A DNA stretch of 57,392 nt, the filler included, from Catajapyx aquilonaris (taxonomy: Eukaryota): the NCBI GenBank assembly GCA_000934665.2. It is 2 parts of 2 records of this genome, joined end to end, with 100 filler letters (N's around TTAATTAATTAA, not from the genome) between each part and the next. Parts side by side here need not be neighbours in the genome. Positions count along the whole stretch, not along the records: positions 1 to 28,659 come from JYFJ02004892.1; 1 more part is not named here. One strand, given 5' to 3'. Positions within the stretch are counted from its first letter, which is position 1, and each line of letters begins with the position of its first letter. The notes under the pieces are model-generated. The model saw nothing but the letters and a program-made list of their open reading frames with translations. It was not told the DNA's origin and did not search any database. Position numbers and translations under genes: made by a program. This document shows positions 1-17,970 of this stretch, one piece after another.

Positions 1-422
1 GTGGTGCCAGAGCTGAGGTGCCGCCGGATAATATCCGCAACTGTCCTTTGCGGCAAACCAATGTCATTGGCGATGGCACGTCCTGATTTGCCCTGTTTGT
101 GTGCCCTTACTATGGCTGCTCGTAAACCTGGGCCGAGAGGACGTCCACGTGCCATGTTGCTGGTGTCTGAGGTGGCACTGATATGTGTGACGTCGTGTGA
201 AGGACGATATATGAAAAGGGCCAGCAAGGACATCGTCTTTGAGGCAGTCATTGCACCTGAGCGAATTAATTTGACAAAGCGCGCGCTGTGAGCGAATTGT
301 CCTGCAACTTGTGACGCATTTTGTACTCTCATTAACTTTTTAACTATGTAAACTAGGGTCCCCATTTTTAACCATCCAGTGGCTAAATACTGCCTTTGTC
401 TGTGGAAAAATCCACGACATTG
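1..422 (-). mobile_element. Tc1-like DNA transposon, 5' end; transposase N-terminal HTH (ATG at 155, runs off window edge)
   Basis: Minus strand from 155 reads MARGRPLGPGLRAAIVRAHKQGKSGRAIANDIGLPQRTVADIIRRHLSSGT, a typical Tc1 paired-like HTH start. Candidate terminus CAATGTCGTGG next to TA at 423-424. Confidence 0.75.
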
Positions 423-1446
423 TATCTTCAATAATTTCGCGCATTGGTGGGTTTCTGCTCATCTATGGTGCAAATGTTCAGGGTGAGCGAATTACCATGC
501 AGTTGGGCAAGTACATGAGCTGACTTTCACATGGCATAATTATTTTCAATTTTTCCTGCAGGTGCATCTGTAAAGAAGTTTTAAGTATGGAGATCTTCCT
601 TTTGAATATTAATGCTTTAGTATGAATGTCACCATCATAGCCTGGCAGGATACGTAACAAGCAAACCAAATAAAAGATGAGTAAAAATGATTTGATTTTA
701 ATTTTAAATTGCTACATGATGTGCCACATCTCCCAGTTCAAGATGCTGTAGTCAATTTTTGGTATGAAGGGTCATTATTTCACCCACTCCTTTTCTGAAT
801 CCCAGCCCCTGGGGTTTGCAGACGAAGGTAACTGAAGGCATGAGAAGGATCAGGGAGAAATGGAATTGTCATATGGTATCAATAATGTAATAATTTCCGA
901 AGTAGTACATCTCTGTATAAGTGTTGCCCCCATACTCATCTCTCGAGTGATGCTGAGTCTGATTTGGACCTGATGTCAACTGCAGCTGAGGAAAGTGACA
1001 CTGAGGCATGAAGGAAGTAGGAGTAGGCAGGTGGGACAATCTGAGGGAAATGCTTCAATACCTTGAATTGTGTATATCTTGCATTCACCTGCCTGCAACA
1101 AGTGTAAAAAATTCCAGGAGCTAGCTCCATTCTATTGGCGTGGCCACCCCTCATTGTCAGGCTAATTTTATCTTTCTGAAATATTTTACACACTTGGGAG
1201 ACAAGTGATTGCAAGACACATGCAAATTTCTGTAGTGCCTGCATTCACCAATACATTTGATGGATTTTTTTCCATTTTACAAGGGCTGTAAATAAAATAG
1301 TGGTAACGCATCTCTAGAAAATCAGTGTAATGTAGGATGTTTACACTGCATATGCCACAGATAGGATGGGTTTGATCTAACCTCTGCATAATGGGATTGC
1401 CACACCTCTACATATGCATGCACAGTAAAGAGAGTAACGTGAGCTG

Positions 1447-1990
1447 TTGCTATCAACCAGTCTAAAGGCGATGTTTTCCCAATTCAAGCAAAGGTGCGCA
1501 TTAAAAGTTTGTCATGAAGGGCTTTTAGAGGCTTGTGGGGAACATGCATTGCCGAATAGAATGGTTGCAAGGTGGGCAAAAGCCTTCCGTGAGGGAAGGC
1601 AAAACGTGATAGATGAGCCCTGGCCCTGTCAGCCAAGTGCAAGTGAGGAACAAGTGGCTGCTGTTTCTGCATTGATGGAGAACGATTGGAGGTGGACAGT
1701 TCGTGAGTTAGCCAGTGAGACAGGCACCATCTCCTGCCAGCTTTGAGGAAGAAGTGACATCACTTTCTGCAGAATCCGCCCATCATTTTGCATGGCAACG
1801 CTCGACCGCATGTTGCAGAAGTTGTAATACAGTTATTCACTCGGTGGGGTTGGGAAGTGCTATACCACTCGCCATACTCGCCTGACATAAGCCCCTGTGA
1901 CTTTTGACTTGATTCCGAAAATGAAGGAACTGCTTTGCGGCATTCGTTTCAAGACTATCCCAGACCTTCTCCACGCTTTAGACCACTCTA
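1447..1990 (+). mobile_element. Degenerate, internally deleted mariner transposase remnant
   Basis: N-terminal VARWAKAFREGRQNVIDEP...WTVRELASETG is followed by C-terminal WGWEVLYHSPYSPDISPCDFDLIPKMKE (YSPDL-type motif). The catalytic middle is missing. Confidence 0.8.
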
Positions 1991-2555
1991 AATGCGCGAC
2001 TAAAGTGGCCACGTGTGTGAACCGGCCGCGGCCCTTAGATCACCTTGATAATTTTTCATGCCCACATTTAAAGTTATATTTAAAAAAATTGTTAAGAAAA
2101 CTAATAGAATGTTTTCCCTTGAAATGATGTGTGTATGAAACCCGAATTTTGAGATGTAATTTTTTTACAGCTGTAATTATGCAGGCACTCTGTACTTTAC
2201 AAGGGAATGCACTGTTGCTGCCTTGCCTCCTAAATGAATTCAGAAAGTCAAACAAGTCATGTCATTAACATAAAAGCAGAGGAGGGGTCATTAAATTGAG
2301 CCATGTTGCAATGACTTTGCATTATGGAAGGGATTTTATGCAGGCATGTGGAGGCATTTTTGATGTGTGACATTGGGCTGCAGCCAAGATCTCCTAAATT
2401 AGTTTCCAAATACGACAAAAATAAACAAAAATGTTCACTACAGGAGTAGGAATCTGGGGTAGGTGGTGCTTCATCTGTCAGGTATGGGAAGAAGCACTGC
2501 ACATATTTTTCACTGGCTAGGGGAGCATGCATGGGAGTTGTACTGCTAATTATGA

Positions 2556-3326
2556 CTCAAAACCATGGGTATAGTGTGGGAACATTGGGATCAATCCCAA
2601 CAAGATATAAGACTATGCAAGGACTTAATAATAAATCTTAATTTAATTTATAATTACCAAATTTATTGATAATACTATCCAGCAAGATACAGCAAGCCTA
2701 GCGAGGTCTTCCGGGCACGCATTTTACCAAGATCTCCAGCCCTCCTTTAGGGGCCAAGACTACCTGTTCGATGATCAACCATTGCACTTGACGCGGTTAT
2801 TATGTTCATTACGTTCTGGGGCTCCCTACATCTATTACGAAGAGTACAAGTTGCACTGGTCCAAAGACGATCCTTGTTCACTATGCAATAGTGAGGAAGA
2901 TTTCAATCTATATCACTTGTTTTACAGCTGCACATTTTTCAACTTACAACGTAAGATGTTAAAAGACATTCCAAACCTACCCCCAGACAAAGCACACACA
3001 CTATTGCTTAACTTGCACCCTTGCAACCAACGGATATAAAGTGGGGCTTTCTTTAAATCAGTAATCTCTAAACTGCAGCTTTGTGACATGTTGCTATGAA
3101 TGTACTAGTACATATAAGTAGTACCAACCTGTCTCCCCCCTACACCATCCCCCTTTGCAGTTACCATGTTCTTTACATTGTCTAAAGTCTAAACCGTACA
3201 TTAAGGGACACAAGGATATGCTAGTGTTTTTTGTTTTTTTTTTGTAAAATGAAGATTCCGGGGGAGCCTCCCATGTAAAGGCAACAGCCTAACGGGGTAC
3301 ACAATAAAACTAAAACTAAACTAAAC
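2556..3326 (+). mobile_element. 5'-truncated non-LTR retrotransposon (LINE) 3' end
   Basis: C-terminal CCHC-type knuckle (CSLC...HLFYSC) in ORF 2782-3039, an AATAAA-(TAAAC)n tail at 3303-3326, and a 15-bp TSD TACTGCTAATTATGA at 2541-2555 and 3327-3341. Confidence 0.85.
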
Positions 3327-3329
3327 TAC

Positions 3330-3587
3330 TGCTAATTATGAAATACGGTACGTTAAAATACACGGAATAACAATATTGAGAATAGTGCCAGACGAATTTG
3401 CTGAAATCATCGTACTTTGCGAGAAATAAATTATTTCTGATCTGCGGCTTTCCTGTTACTTCGGAAAGCTCCCAAATTCATTTATTTCTCGCGAAGTACG
3501 ACGATTTCAGCAACTTCGTCTGGCAAGGTTCTCAAGGTTAATATTCCGTATATTTTAATGTACGAGTATTTCATAATTCAATCAGCA
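3330..3587. mobile_element. Palindromic MITE-like element; its left arm was interrupted by the LINE
   Basis: Arms ATTATGAAATAC...GCCAGACGAATTTGCTGAAATC and GATTTCAGCAACTTCGTCTGGC...GTATTTCATAAT are inverted complements. Confidence 0.7.
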
Positions 3588-3630
3588 TAACAGTTCGCCG
3601 GCAGTTCTTGAATTTCGAGTTTTTTTTTTT

Positions 3631-4420
3631 ACAGCGATCTTTTTGGAAATTAATTTAGGAACTTCTTGAGGAGGAAACTTGTTCCAAACACATTTATAGC
3701 ATTTTCAAGGAACATGTAAGTATAGCAAATCTAGGCGGTGGCCTAAAGGCCACTTCACAAAGAAAATGTCGCGCGGCAAACGGCGCGACTTGCGGCAAAT
3801 TTTTTATTTATATTTATTGTTGCCAACAATTGGCAACAATAAATATAAACAAAAATTTGCCGCAAGTCGCACAACATTTTTTTGTGAAATGGCCTTAACG
3901 GTTGGCCAGTAGAAATAGAATTTAAAGTTATTACTTGTGAAAATTAATATAGGGACTTCTAGACTAGTAAAAATGGTTTCCAACACATTCATAGTGTAGA
4001 GCATGAACGTATAAGTGTATCTGTTATTATTTGTGATATATCTTGTCCTTATCTTCAGAGTAAGTGCAAGCGAAAATCTATGCGATGTAATTTACAGCGA
4101 TCTTTTTGGAAATTAGTTTAGGGACTTCTAGATAAGGAAAATAGTTAACAAGATATATAGCCTACGTTATGTTTTCCCTGAACGTGTAAGTATAGCTGTT
4201 ATTATTTGTAAAATACGTTATAATTATCTTCGGAGTAGTGCAAGCCAAAAACTAGGCGCTCGCAGTATAGCTATACTCTGCGGCGATCCTTTTGGAAATT
4301 AATTTAGGGACTTCTAGACGATGAGACTGGTTCCAAACACATACATAGCGTAGAGCATGAACGTGTAAGTATAGCTGTTATTATTGGTAAAATGTTTTAT
4401 TTTTTTATCTTCATAGTAGG
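3631..4420. repeat. Degenerate tandem repeat, ~4 units of ~160-190 bp
   Basis: Unit core GCGATCTTTTTGGAAATTAATTTAGGGACTTCTAGA...GAACGTGTAAGTATAGC recurs at ~3631, ~3937, ~4094 and ~4280. Confidence 0.75.
3747..3895. mobile_element. PIF/Harbinger-like MITE inside the tandem array
   Basis: TIR AGGCCACTTCACAA/TTGTGAAATGGCCT, TAA TSD on both sides, palindromic interior. Confidence 0.75.
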
Positions 4421-5894
4421 CGATGGCGGTCTAGCTGGGGCTCAAGGGGCTAATAAACATGAAATAATTTTGAAAACTAATTTTGAACAATTTTAACTGA
4501 ATTTTTGCATAGCACAATCCCGTTTTTTTTAAAAAAAATCGATAGTAGGCCATTCTCAATTTATTTTTATTTCGTGATTTGAATCAAGTGACCCTTTTTC
4601 TAAACCTTTCTCCAGGTTGTCTCAAACAATTAACTCAGTCGGCATGGAAATCTGTTGACCCGACACTTCCCAGTTATATTTTGGCCCAACACCCTCGAAG
4701 ACTTCGCTGGTCGAGCGGGGTCATCAAAATTCCAGTCTTTACCTCCCGGATAAAATAATCAGGTGAGTTGAAGGCCGCGAAATATACCGGAAAAGATACA
4801 CGCGACGATGTGGCAACATCCATTCACTCTATGACAAAAAATTGATGGCGGAGGGTTGGGCCCGAGGGGGAAAAAATATTCTCAAGCACGTGGATTCAGC
4901 ATAAATAGTTACACTCCCCTTAATTCCACTTCTCATGTTGATGACATCAACCAGTAAGCCTTGAATTACTTAACCGTAAAGGATAAAATTGCTAAATATT
5001 GTACAGGGTGGCCCATAAGTCTGGACTGTACATGTCACCAAGATCTTGATATCACTAAGTGACATCATCGCGCTGACTCGAATTCGAAATATGTGCACCT
5101 GTTAGTGGAATGACCCCTCACTGGTCCCCCCCCCCCACCACCACCACCACCACTTTGTTGTCCAACTGATAGCAACCAGATATCTCCGGAAATATAACGG
5201 CCTTTTTTTTAGCACGTGACCTTTCCGCCTTTTGGAGATAAGAGCCTTGACTAAAAGCAAAATTTGAACTCTTCTCCATCCCTCGGTTTTGCACCTCGAA
5301 TTTCGTCTAGACGATATCTCACAAAAGTACAACACCATTGCAATATGTGACCCGTAAACACACGTGAAACATTACCCCATTTCTCTCGTCCTCCGATAGC
5401 ACCCTTCGACCCCCATATAGAATCTTCCTCCAGGCTACAAAAAAACAAAAAAAACGTCGCATCCACACGAATGTTCAGGAATGTCAAAATGTCCTTAATG
5501 TTCAGTACTGCATGAACATAGCATTTTTGCCCACTTGGCAGTTGGCTGTTGTGTGACAATGAATCTACATGGTAACATGACCCAGCATTCTATGATAATT
5601 AGTGCATGTATCCATATTAAAATTATTGAGTGTCAATAAATGAGACGTTGGAAGTTCAGTGAAACATTCAGAGGGCAATGTACAGAAACGACTTTCAGTG
5701 AACATACGTGCGTTACTGGGGAACTCAACAGCACATGCCGCGCGCGGCGGAGACAAACTACAGCAAGATACAGTGCCACTAAAAATAGTCAAATAGGGCA
5801 ATGCTCCCTACTGAAGGCCACACTACCAAAAATTTCTCATCCAGAGATTCCCCCCATACTAAAACACTTTTCCGCCGTCTCTCTTCATGCAGAG

Positions 5895-6045
5895 TGACGT
5901 TTGGCCAGCCAACCAATGATTGCGGTACATATGTGCATGTGATCGCACATGAAAAAAAAAGAGGCCTCCCAACCACCCCCAGGACTAACACCGGTGAAGT
6001 CAGCCGAGGGTATATAAAGAAGCTCTGCAGCAACCGCCCCACTTG
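5895..6045 (+). promoter_or_regulatory. Beta-tubulin core promoter (CRE-like TGACGT, CCAAT, TATA, Inr-like)
   Basis: TGACGT 5895-5900, CCAAT 5913-5917, TATATAAA 6011-6018, and Inr-like CCACTT at 6039-6044 about 30 nt after TATA and 80 nt before the ATG. Confidence 0.6.
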
Positions 6046-6124
6046 TCCCCAGGAGCTGAGCTGTGCAACTTCTCTGCGGTTTTTTTTCCCCATACTAAAT
6101 TTTTCAAGTGACAACTAGATCAAG

Positions 6125-12997
<6,873 letters not shown>

Positions 12998-13137
12998 ATG
13001 GACAACCAAAAATACCTGAATACCAGAATTATTTTTTTACAGTGGATTCATATCCCATTTTGGATCTAAATTCTGATGTTCTGGAAAGTAAATTTTTACC
13101 TTTAAAGGTGTCTTATTTCTGGTCACCTGAAGAAGAG

Positions 13138-13143
13138 AATAAA
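13138..13143 (+). terminator. Candidate poly(A) signal of beta-tubulin
   Basis: AATAAA 141 nt after the stop codon. Confidence 0.5.
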
Positions 13144-14143
13144 TCATCGTTAATCTGACAAAAATATGAATTCAAAATTTCCTACTATGGAGAGCCAAAA
13201 GAAACCTCCAAACCGGTATACAAATACATTTCCGCTCTAACTCTGAAGCCACTTGTCGCATGTGTTCCCCGTTTTGTCAGAATGTGACCCAGCTGTCAGA
13301 GGCCATAACTCAATTTTAGCAAAAATGTCAAATTCGTCCTTTTGTCAGATTAAGGACGATATCTTAGACAGTTAAGTGCCAATGAGTAGACATGAAATGG
13401 CTGGATATAACTGCACCTGCTCAGAGAGTGCTCCAGTAGCTTATCAATGGGAGGTGCAAGTGGTGAACCAATCTTCACTCATGCTCAGCCACGGACTAGT
13501 GGGCTCAGCACACATACAGGTGAACTCCATTGCAGGTGGAGGGAAGAGAGGGTGAATTGCTAGAACAAATCACAAGCTTTTTGTGGTGGTGTGTACCAAT
13601 GAATCAAACAGAGTAGAATATTATGTGCAACTAACCCACTTTTATCAAGAATCATTGCTGTTCAAATCTACCACAACTCCTTGACTATTACTCTTCACAT
13701 TAGTAGCCCTGCCACCTGCTGTGTAGTATGTGTTGGCTATACTAATAACTCATGGTCAGGCAGAGGGAAATCCGGGGTGGCTAGGGTCTGAAGTAGTGGT
13801 ACAGTAGTCACATGCGTCAGACTATTTTTGAGGCTACAGAGTGTGACGTGTGCTGTAATGGCGTTGCCAACTGGGTATCACTGGCTGTATACATAGGTGT
13901 GCATGAGGTGTATACACATAGCTGCATGGAGTATTAGCTAGGCAACATGAAAAATTGGCAGGGGGTCAGATAAACCAGTGCCACATTACTCATCCATGCT
14001 GTTCATGCTGACCACCTAGTACAGGGTTGCATTTGCCACAAGAAAAATACCATTGTAGTTTGGTCCACATGCCTGGGAATTGGTAAATGCCTTATGTCTC
14101 ATGGAGTGCTCAGAGGGAGAGGGACTCCTCACAGATATACTCA

Positions 14144-14734
14144 CAACCAAAGTAACTCTTCTTACCCTCCTGAATTTTGAAAATATTTGGATTTTCTAAT
14201 TCTGCTTGGCCTATAGTGTTGAGAAAACATCACCTCCGCTGCTAATTTCCACGTTATCAGGGTGAAAATTCAGCCAAAAGACGATACTCCGAAGCCACAA
14301 CACCTGCATCCGGTCACAAATGAAATCCCCGTTTGCGGTCGCCTTTCACTGTGTCTGTAGAGCTCTCCGGTGCCGTGAAGGAGAAGGGTCATCTCGCACG
14401 CTTTGAAGGCAATTATAATAATGGAGAGCCAGGACTCCAAGGCTCTCCATTATTGTAATCGCCTTCAAAGTGTGCGAGATGACCCTTCTCCTTCACGGCA
14501 CCGGAGAGCTCTACAAACGGTGTGAAAGGCGACCGCGACCGGGCAGCTGGGACTGGCGACTCGCGACCGGATGCAGGTGTTGTGGCTTTGGAACATCGCC
14601 TTTTGGCTGTATTTTCACCCTGCTAACGTGGATATTAGCAGCGGAGGTGATGTTTTCTCAACACTATAGGCCAAGCAAAATTAGAAAATCCAAAAAATTT
14701 CAAAATTCAGGAGGGTAAGAAGTTACTTTGGTTG
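14144..14734. mobile_element. Fully palindromic ~590-bp MITE (unclassified)
   Basis: CAACCAAAGTAAC...GTTACTTTGGTTG with centre GGAGAGCC-loop-GGCTCTCC near 14435; TCA on both flanks. Confidence 0.88.
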
Positions 14735-14977
14735 TCAGTCATACTCACTACTTTATTGTTATTATTGTTATTATTGTTAACTCAATAGTTTAAAAATCAT
14801 ATACAGAATTTGCTAGGCATGACTCTGCCCCTACATGTATTGAATCAATCACCCAAGCGCATGTAATTACCATAGTTATCACTTTCCCCATTCAATAATG
14901 GCAGAACATCACAGTTCACTCTTTACAGCAGTCAGAAGTTTGGGGTTCTACTGGACCTGAAAAATCGGCTGTACTTG

Positions 14978-15186
14978 CTCTTACTGGCGTGTGGGAGGGT
15001 AGTAGTCGCTGGGGGCAGCGGGCTGTGTCGCTAAGATACGTCTGTATCCACAAGGAAGGAAGGTAGGTTAGGCTTGGTTAGGTTGGGTTGGTACTCCAAA
15101 ATCCAAAAAATCAATCTGCCTTTGCGACATAGCCAAGCTGCCCCCAGCCACCACTCCCCCTGCCGCGTCCCGCAAGCCAGTAAGGG
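14978..15186. mobile_element. Degenerate TIR element with internal TTAGG-like repeats
   Basis: CTTACTGGC...GCCAGTAAG ends; GCTGGGGGCAGC/GCTGCCCCCAGC inverted pair. Confidence 0.55.
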
Positions 15187-15231
15187 TTAGTCTTTCCGAA
15201 AAATCATTGGGGGACATGCCCTGAGGATATA

Positions 15232-15395
15232 CAGTGCTGGATATTTATGGTAGAGTACTGCCAGCAACATGAGCAGTAACGGCGAAAGAGTGAACCTGAT
15301 TGGACTGATGAATAAGATAGGTCCGATCAGGTTTGCGCTTTCGCTGCTATGGCTCCTGTTGCTGGCAGTACTCGATCATTAAATGTACAGCATTG
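15232..15395. mobile_element. Tc1-type MITE
   Basis: TA|CAGTGCTG...CAGCATTG|TA palindrome. Confidence 0.75.
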
Positions 15396-15614
15396 TAGCA
15401 ACAACGAACAATTATTTTTTAAGGTGAAGGGGTTTTACTGCAGTTGCTCTATGGCGAGTAGCAACAGAGAGAGTATGACAAATGTTTAATTTTTCAACAT
15501 AATTGAGTCATCCATGGACAACAAAGGCCACACTGTGCCACCTATACCCACAGGCTGATCTTCAAGTAAGAGACTAGCTCCATAAATGACAGTTGCACGT
15601 ATTTCAACTATATA

Positions 15615-16039
15615 CAGGGTGGATCCGCTAACTCCGGCAAAAATCACAGGGTGGGTAGAGGCCCCATAGGCAAGTATTTTGAGCTTCGGTACCCATGTCC
15701 GGAAATGCCCTGGTACGGGGGTACAGCCGTTTCCACCTTTGGTCTGTTGTGCCTGGTGGGTAGGCAACCCATCGTACTCGAAACTTGCGTTCATCAGGTG
15801 TGTTGCGTGTGGAGGAGACGAAGGTGAAAACAATTGCGAGTGTCAAGTGCAAAAACCTGATGAACGCAACCTTTGAGTACGATGGGTTGCCTACCCAACA
15901 GGCGCAACATACTACAGGTGGAAACGGCCGCACCCCCATATGGGGGCATTTCTGGACATGGGTAACGAAGCTCAAAATACTTGCCCATGGGGCCTCTACC
16001 CACCCTGTGATTTTTGCCTGAGTTAGCGGATCCACCCTG
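15615..16039. mobile_element. Palindromic Tc1/mariner-type MITE (CAGGGTG ends)
   Basis: TA|CAGGGTGGATCCGCTAACTC...GAGTTAGCGGATCCACCCTG; arms of ~190 bp. Confidence 0.88.
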
Positions 16040-16244
16040 AATACATTACTGCATATTTCCACATTTAAAAAACCACAACAACTATGGATAACTATTCTTA
16101 CAATGCCTTCTCCATTTTGGACAAGATCTCTCAAAACGTGACACATCTCCAACTTGCACAAGCATTGACGAGCACACTCAGTTGGTGTCTGGCATTACCC
16201 TCAGCCTAGCCGCAAGTGTCCAGACCATGTCCGTGCCAGTAGTA

Positions 16245-16406
16245 CAGTGCTGGCCATATATCAAGGCAACCGTCAGCTACATTTTTCCGAAGCAGCAGAA
16301 GAAGGAATCGAAGATAAGCATGCTACAAGCCGGGCGAGCAAGATTCCTGCTTCTGCCGCTTCGGGAAAATGTCGCTGGCGGTTGCCTCGATATATGGCCA
16401 GCACTG
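16245..16406. mobile_element. Tc1-type MITE
   Basis: TA|CAGTGCTGGCCATATATC...GATATATGGCCAGCACTG|TA. Confidence 0.85.
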
Positions 16407-16705
16407 TACTATATCACTCAAAAAGATGAAGTCAACTAGTTGCAGGTTTGATGAGTATTATTGTAGGAGAAATCAGAGGCCCGTGGTATTACAAGTGTTC
16501 AGGTATGAGTTTACTCCAAAACTGGGTAAGTTTTCCGCTCAGTCACCATTGCATGTGGCATCGTAAACTTGAGCTGATTTTCTGATGCAACCATTTCGCG
16601 TTACTCCAGGCATCCACTGTGGGATACATTATCAGTGCTCACCAGTGGATCATTTAACAGCAAAAAATTATGAGATAACACCTTTCATTGTCCTCCATAT
16701 TTATA

Positions 16706-17283
16706 CAGGGTGTTTCAGAGTCACGGGTCAAGCGCATGCGAGGGGGTGGGAAAAATCATAGGTGGCGACAACCCCGGTCGGTTATATAAAACAATTAGAA
16801 ATACGGCAGTAATCAATTTATTTATTACGGCCTTACGGCGTGACGTCACATCCTTTCTGTATTCGAATTGACCCGCGTGGAGTAGCAAATGCATTCGGTT
16901 GAACCTGGTTGAATGGGTTTTCAGCCTTGCGGGTTGCACTGAAAAAGGTGCTCTCATGCTACACTGGCAGGGTACTGTGCAACGTAGTGTACTACTGTAC
17001 AGTGGTGTGTTCAGTACCCTGCCGGTGTAGCATGAGAGCACCTTTTTCAGTGCAGCCTGCAAGGCTGAAAACCCGTTCAACCAGGTTCAACCGAATGCAT
17101 TTGCCACTCCACGCGGGTCAATTCGAATACAGAAAGGATGTGACGTCACGCCGTACGGCCGTAATAAATAAATTGATTACTGCAGTATTTCTAATTGTTT
17201 TATAAAACCGACCGGGTTGTTGCCACCTGTGATTTTTCCCCACCCCCTCACGCGCGCTTGACCTGTGACTCTGAAACACCCTG
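16706..17283. mobile_element. 578-bp near-perfect palindromic MITE (CAGGGTG ends)
   Basis: TA|CAGGGTGTTTCAGAGTCAC...GTGACTCTGAAACACCCTG|TA; mirror-image ORFs on the two strands. Confidence 0.92.
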
Positions 17284-17970
17284 TATAAGTAAACAATGTC
17301 AACAAAAAAGAACATTGTAAGAAACGATGAATTCAGATTGGCGTTTGGTTTTCCTCAGTACCTTACAGCCTTGTTGTTGTTGTAGCGACTCATCCACTGA
17401 CCTGGTTCTCTTCCTTGTCCTCCCAAACTCAATATGGGAGACATTCACAAGGCTTGAGTCGCCTGGCCTGCCTTCAACAGCTCTGGTGATATTAAACAAG
17501 CAGCTGATGTCACTTTGAAAAATTCCCTGTAGTCGAGACAGATCACTTTGAAGAACTTCGCCAACTTTCCACCCCTCATAACATTGGAGAGGAGTCATTT
17601 CAGACAAATTTAAATTGACTAATCAGTCGTTTGGAACTTCATTCACATGATAGCAGAGGCAGCTCAAAAAATACATTTTTTGAACATCGATCACTTGTTC
17701 TATTTATTTCAAATTACATGATTTAGATATTTAAAACTTCAGCACAACCAGCATAGGGGCTTGTCACATTATGCCATACTGTATCAATTTCTGTCATACG
17801 TGACTGAAATGCATTTTAAATCACGTGCTGGCATAAACAACAGTACTAATGCTTGTAAAACGTCATGCCCACTCTTCTTCCTTATTAATGGCTTGCCTAG
17901 TCAGTGCATCATTTTAGACATTGTGATGTTTGACACTCTTTAGTTTCAGGTACATTTCCAGGACAAAGGT

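Noticed and set aside
3631..4420. CRISPR-like repeat/spacer appearance
   Set aside because: Whole units are homologous, there are no unique spacers or cas genes, and the context is eukaryotic.
15486..17315. Pairs of near-identical ORFs on opposite strands
   Set aside because: Mirror artefacts of palindromic MITEs, with no protein motifs.
17299..17607. 102-aa minus-strand ORF downstream of the G2E3-like stop
   Set aside because: No convincing splice acceptor or motif; may be UTR.
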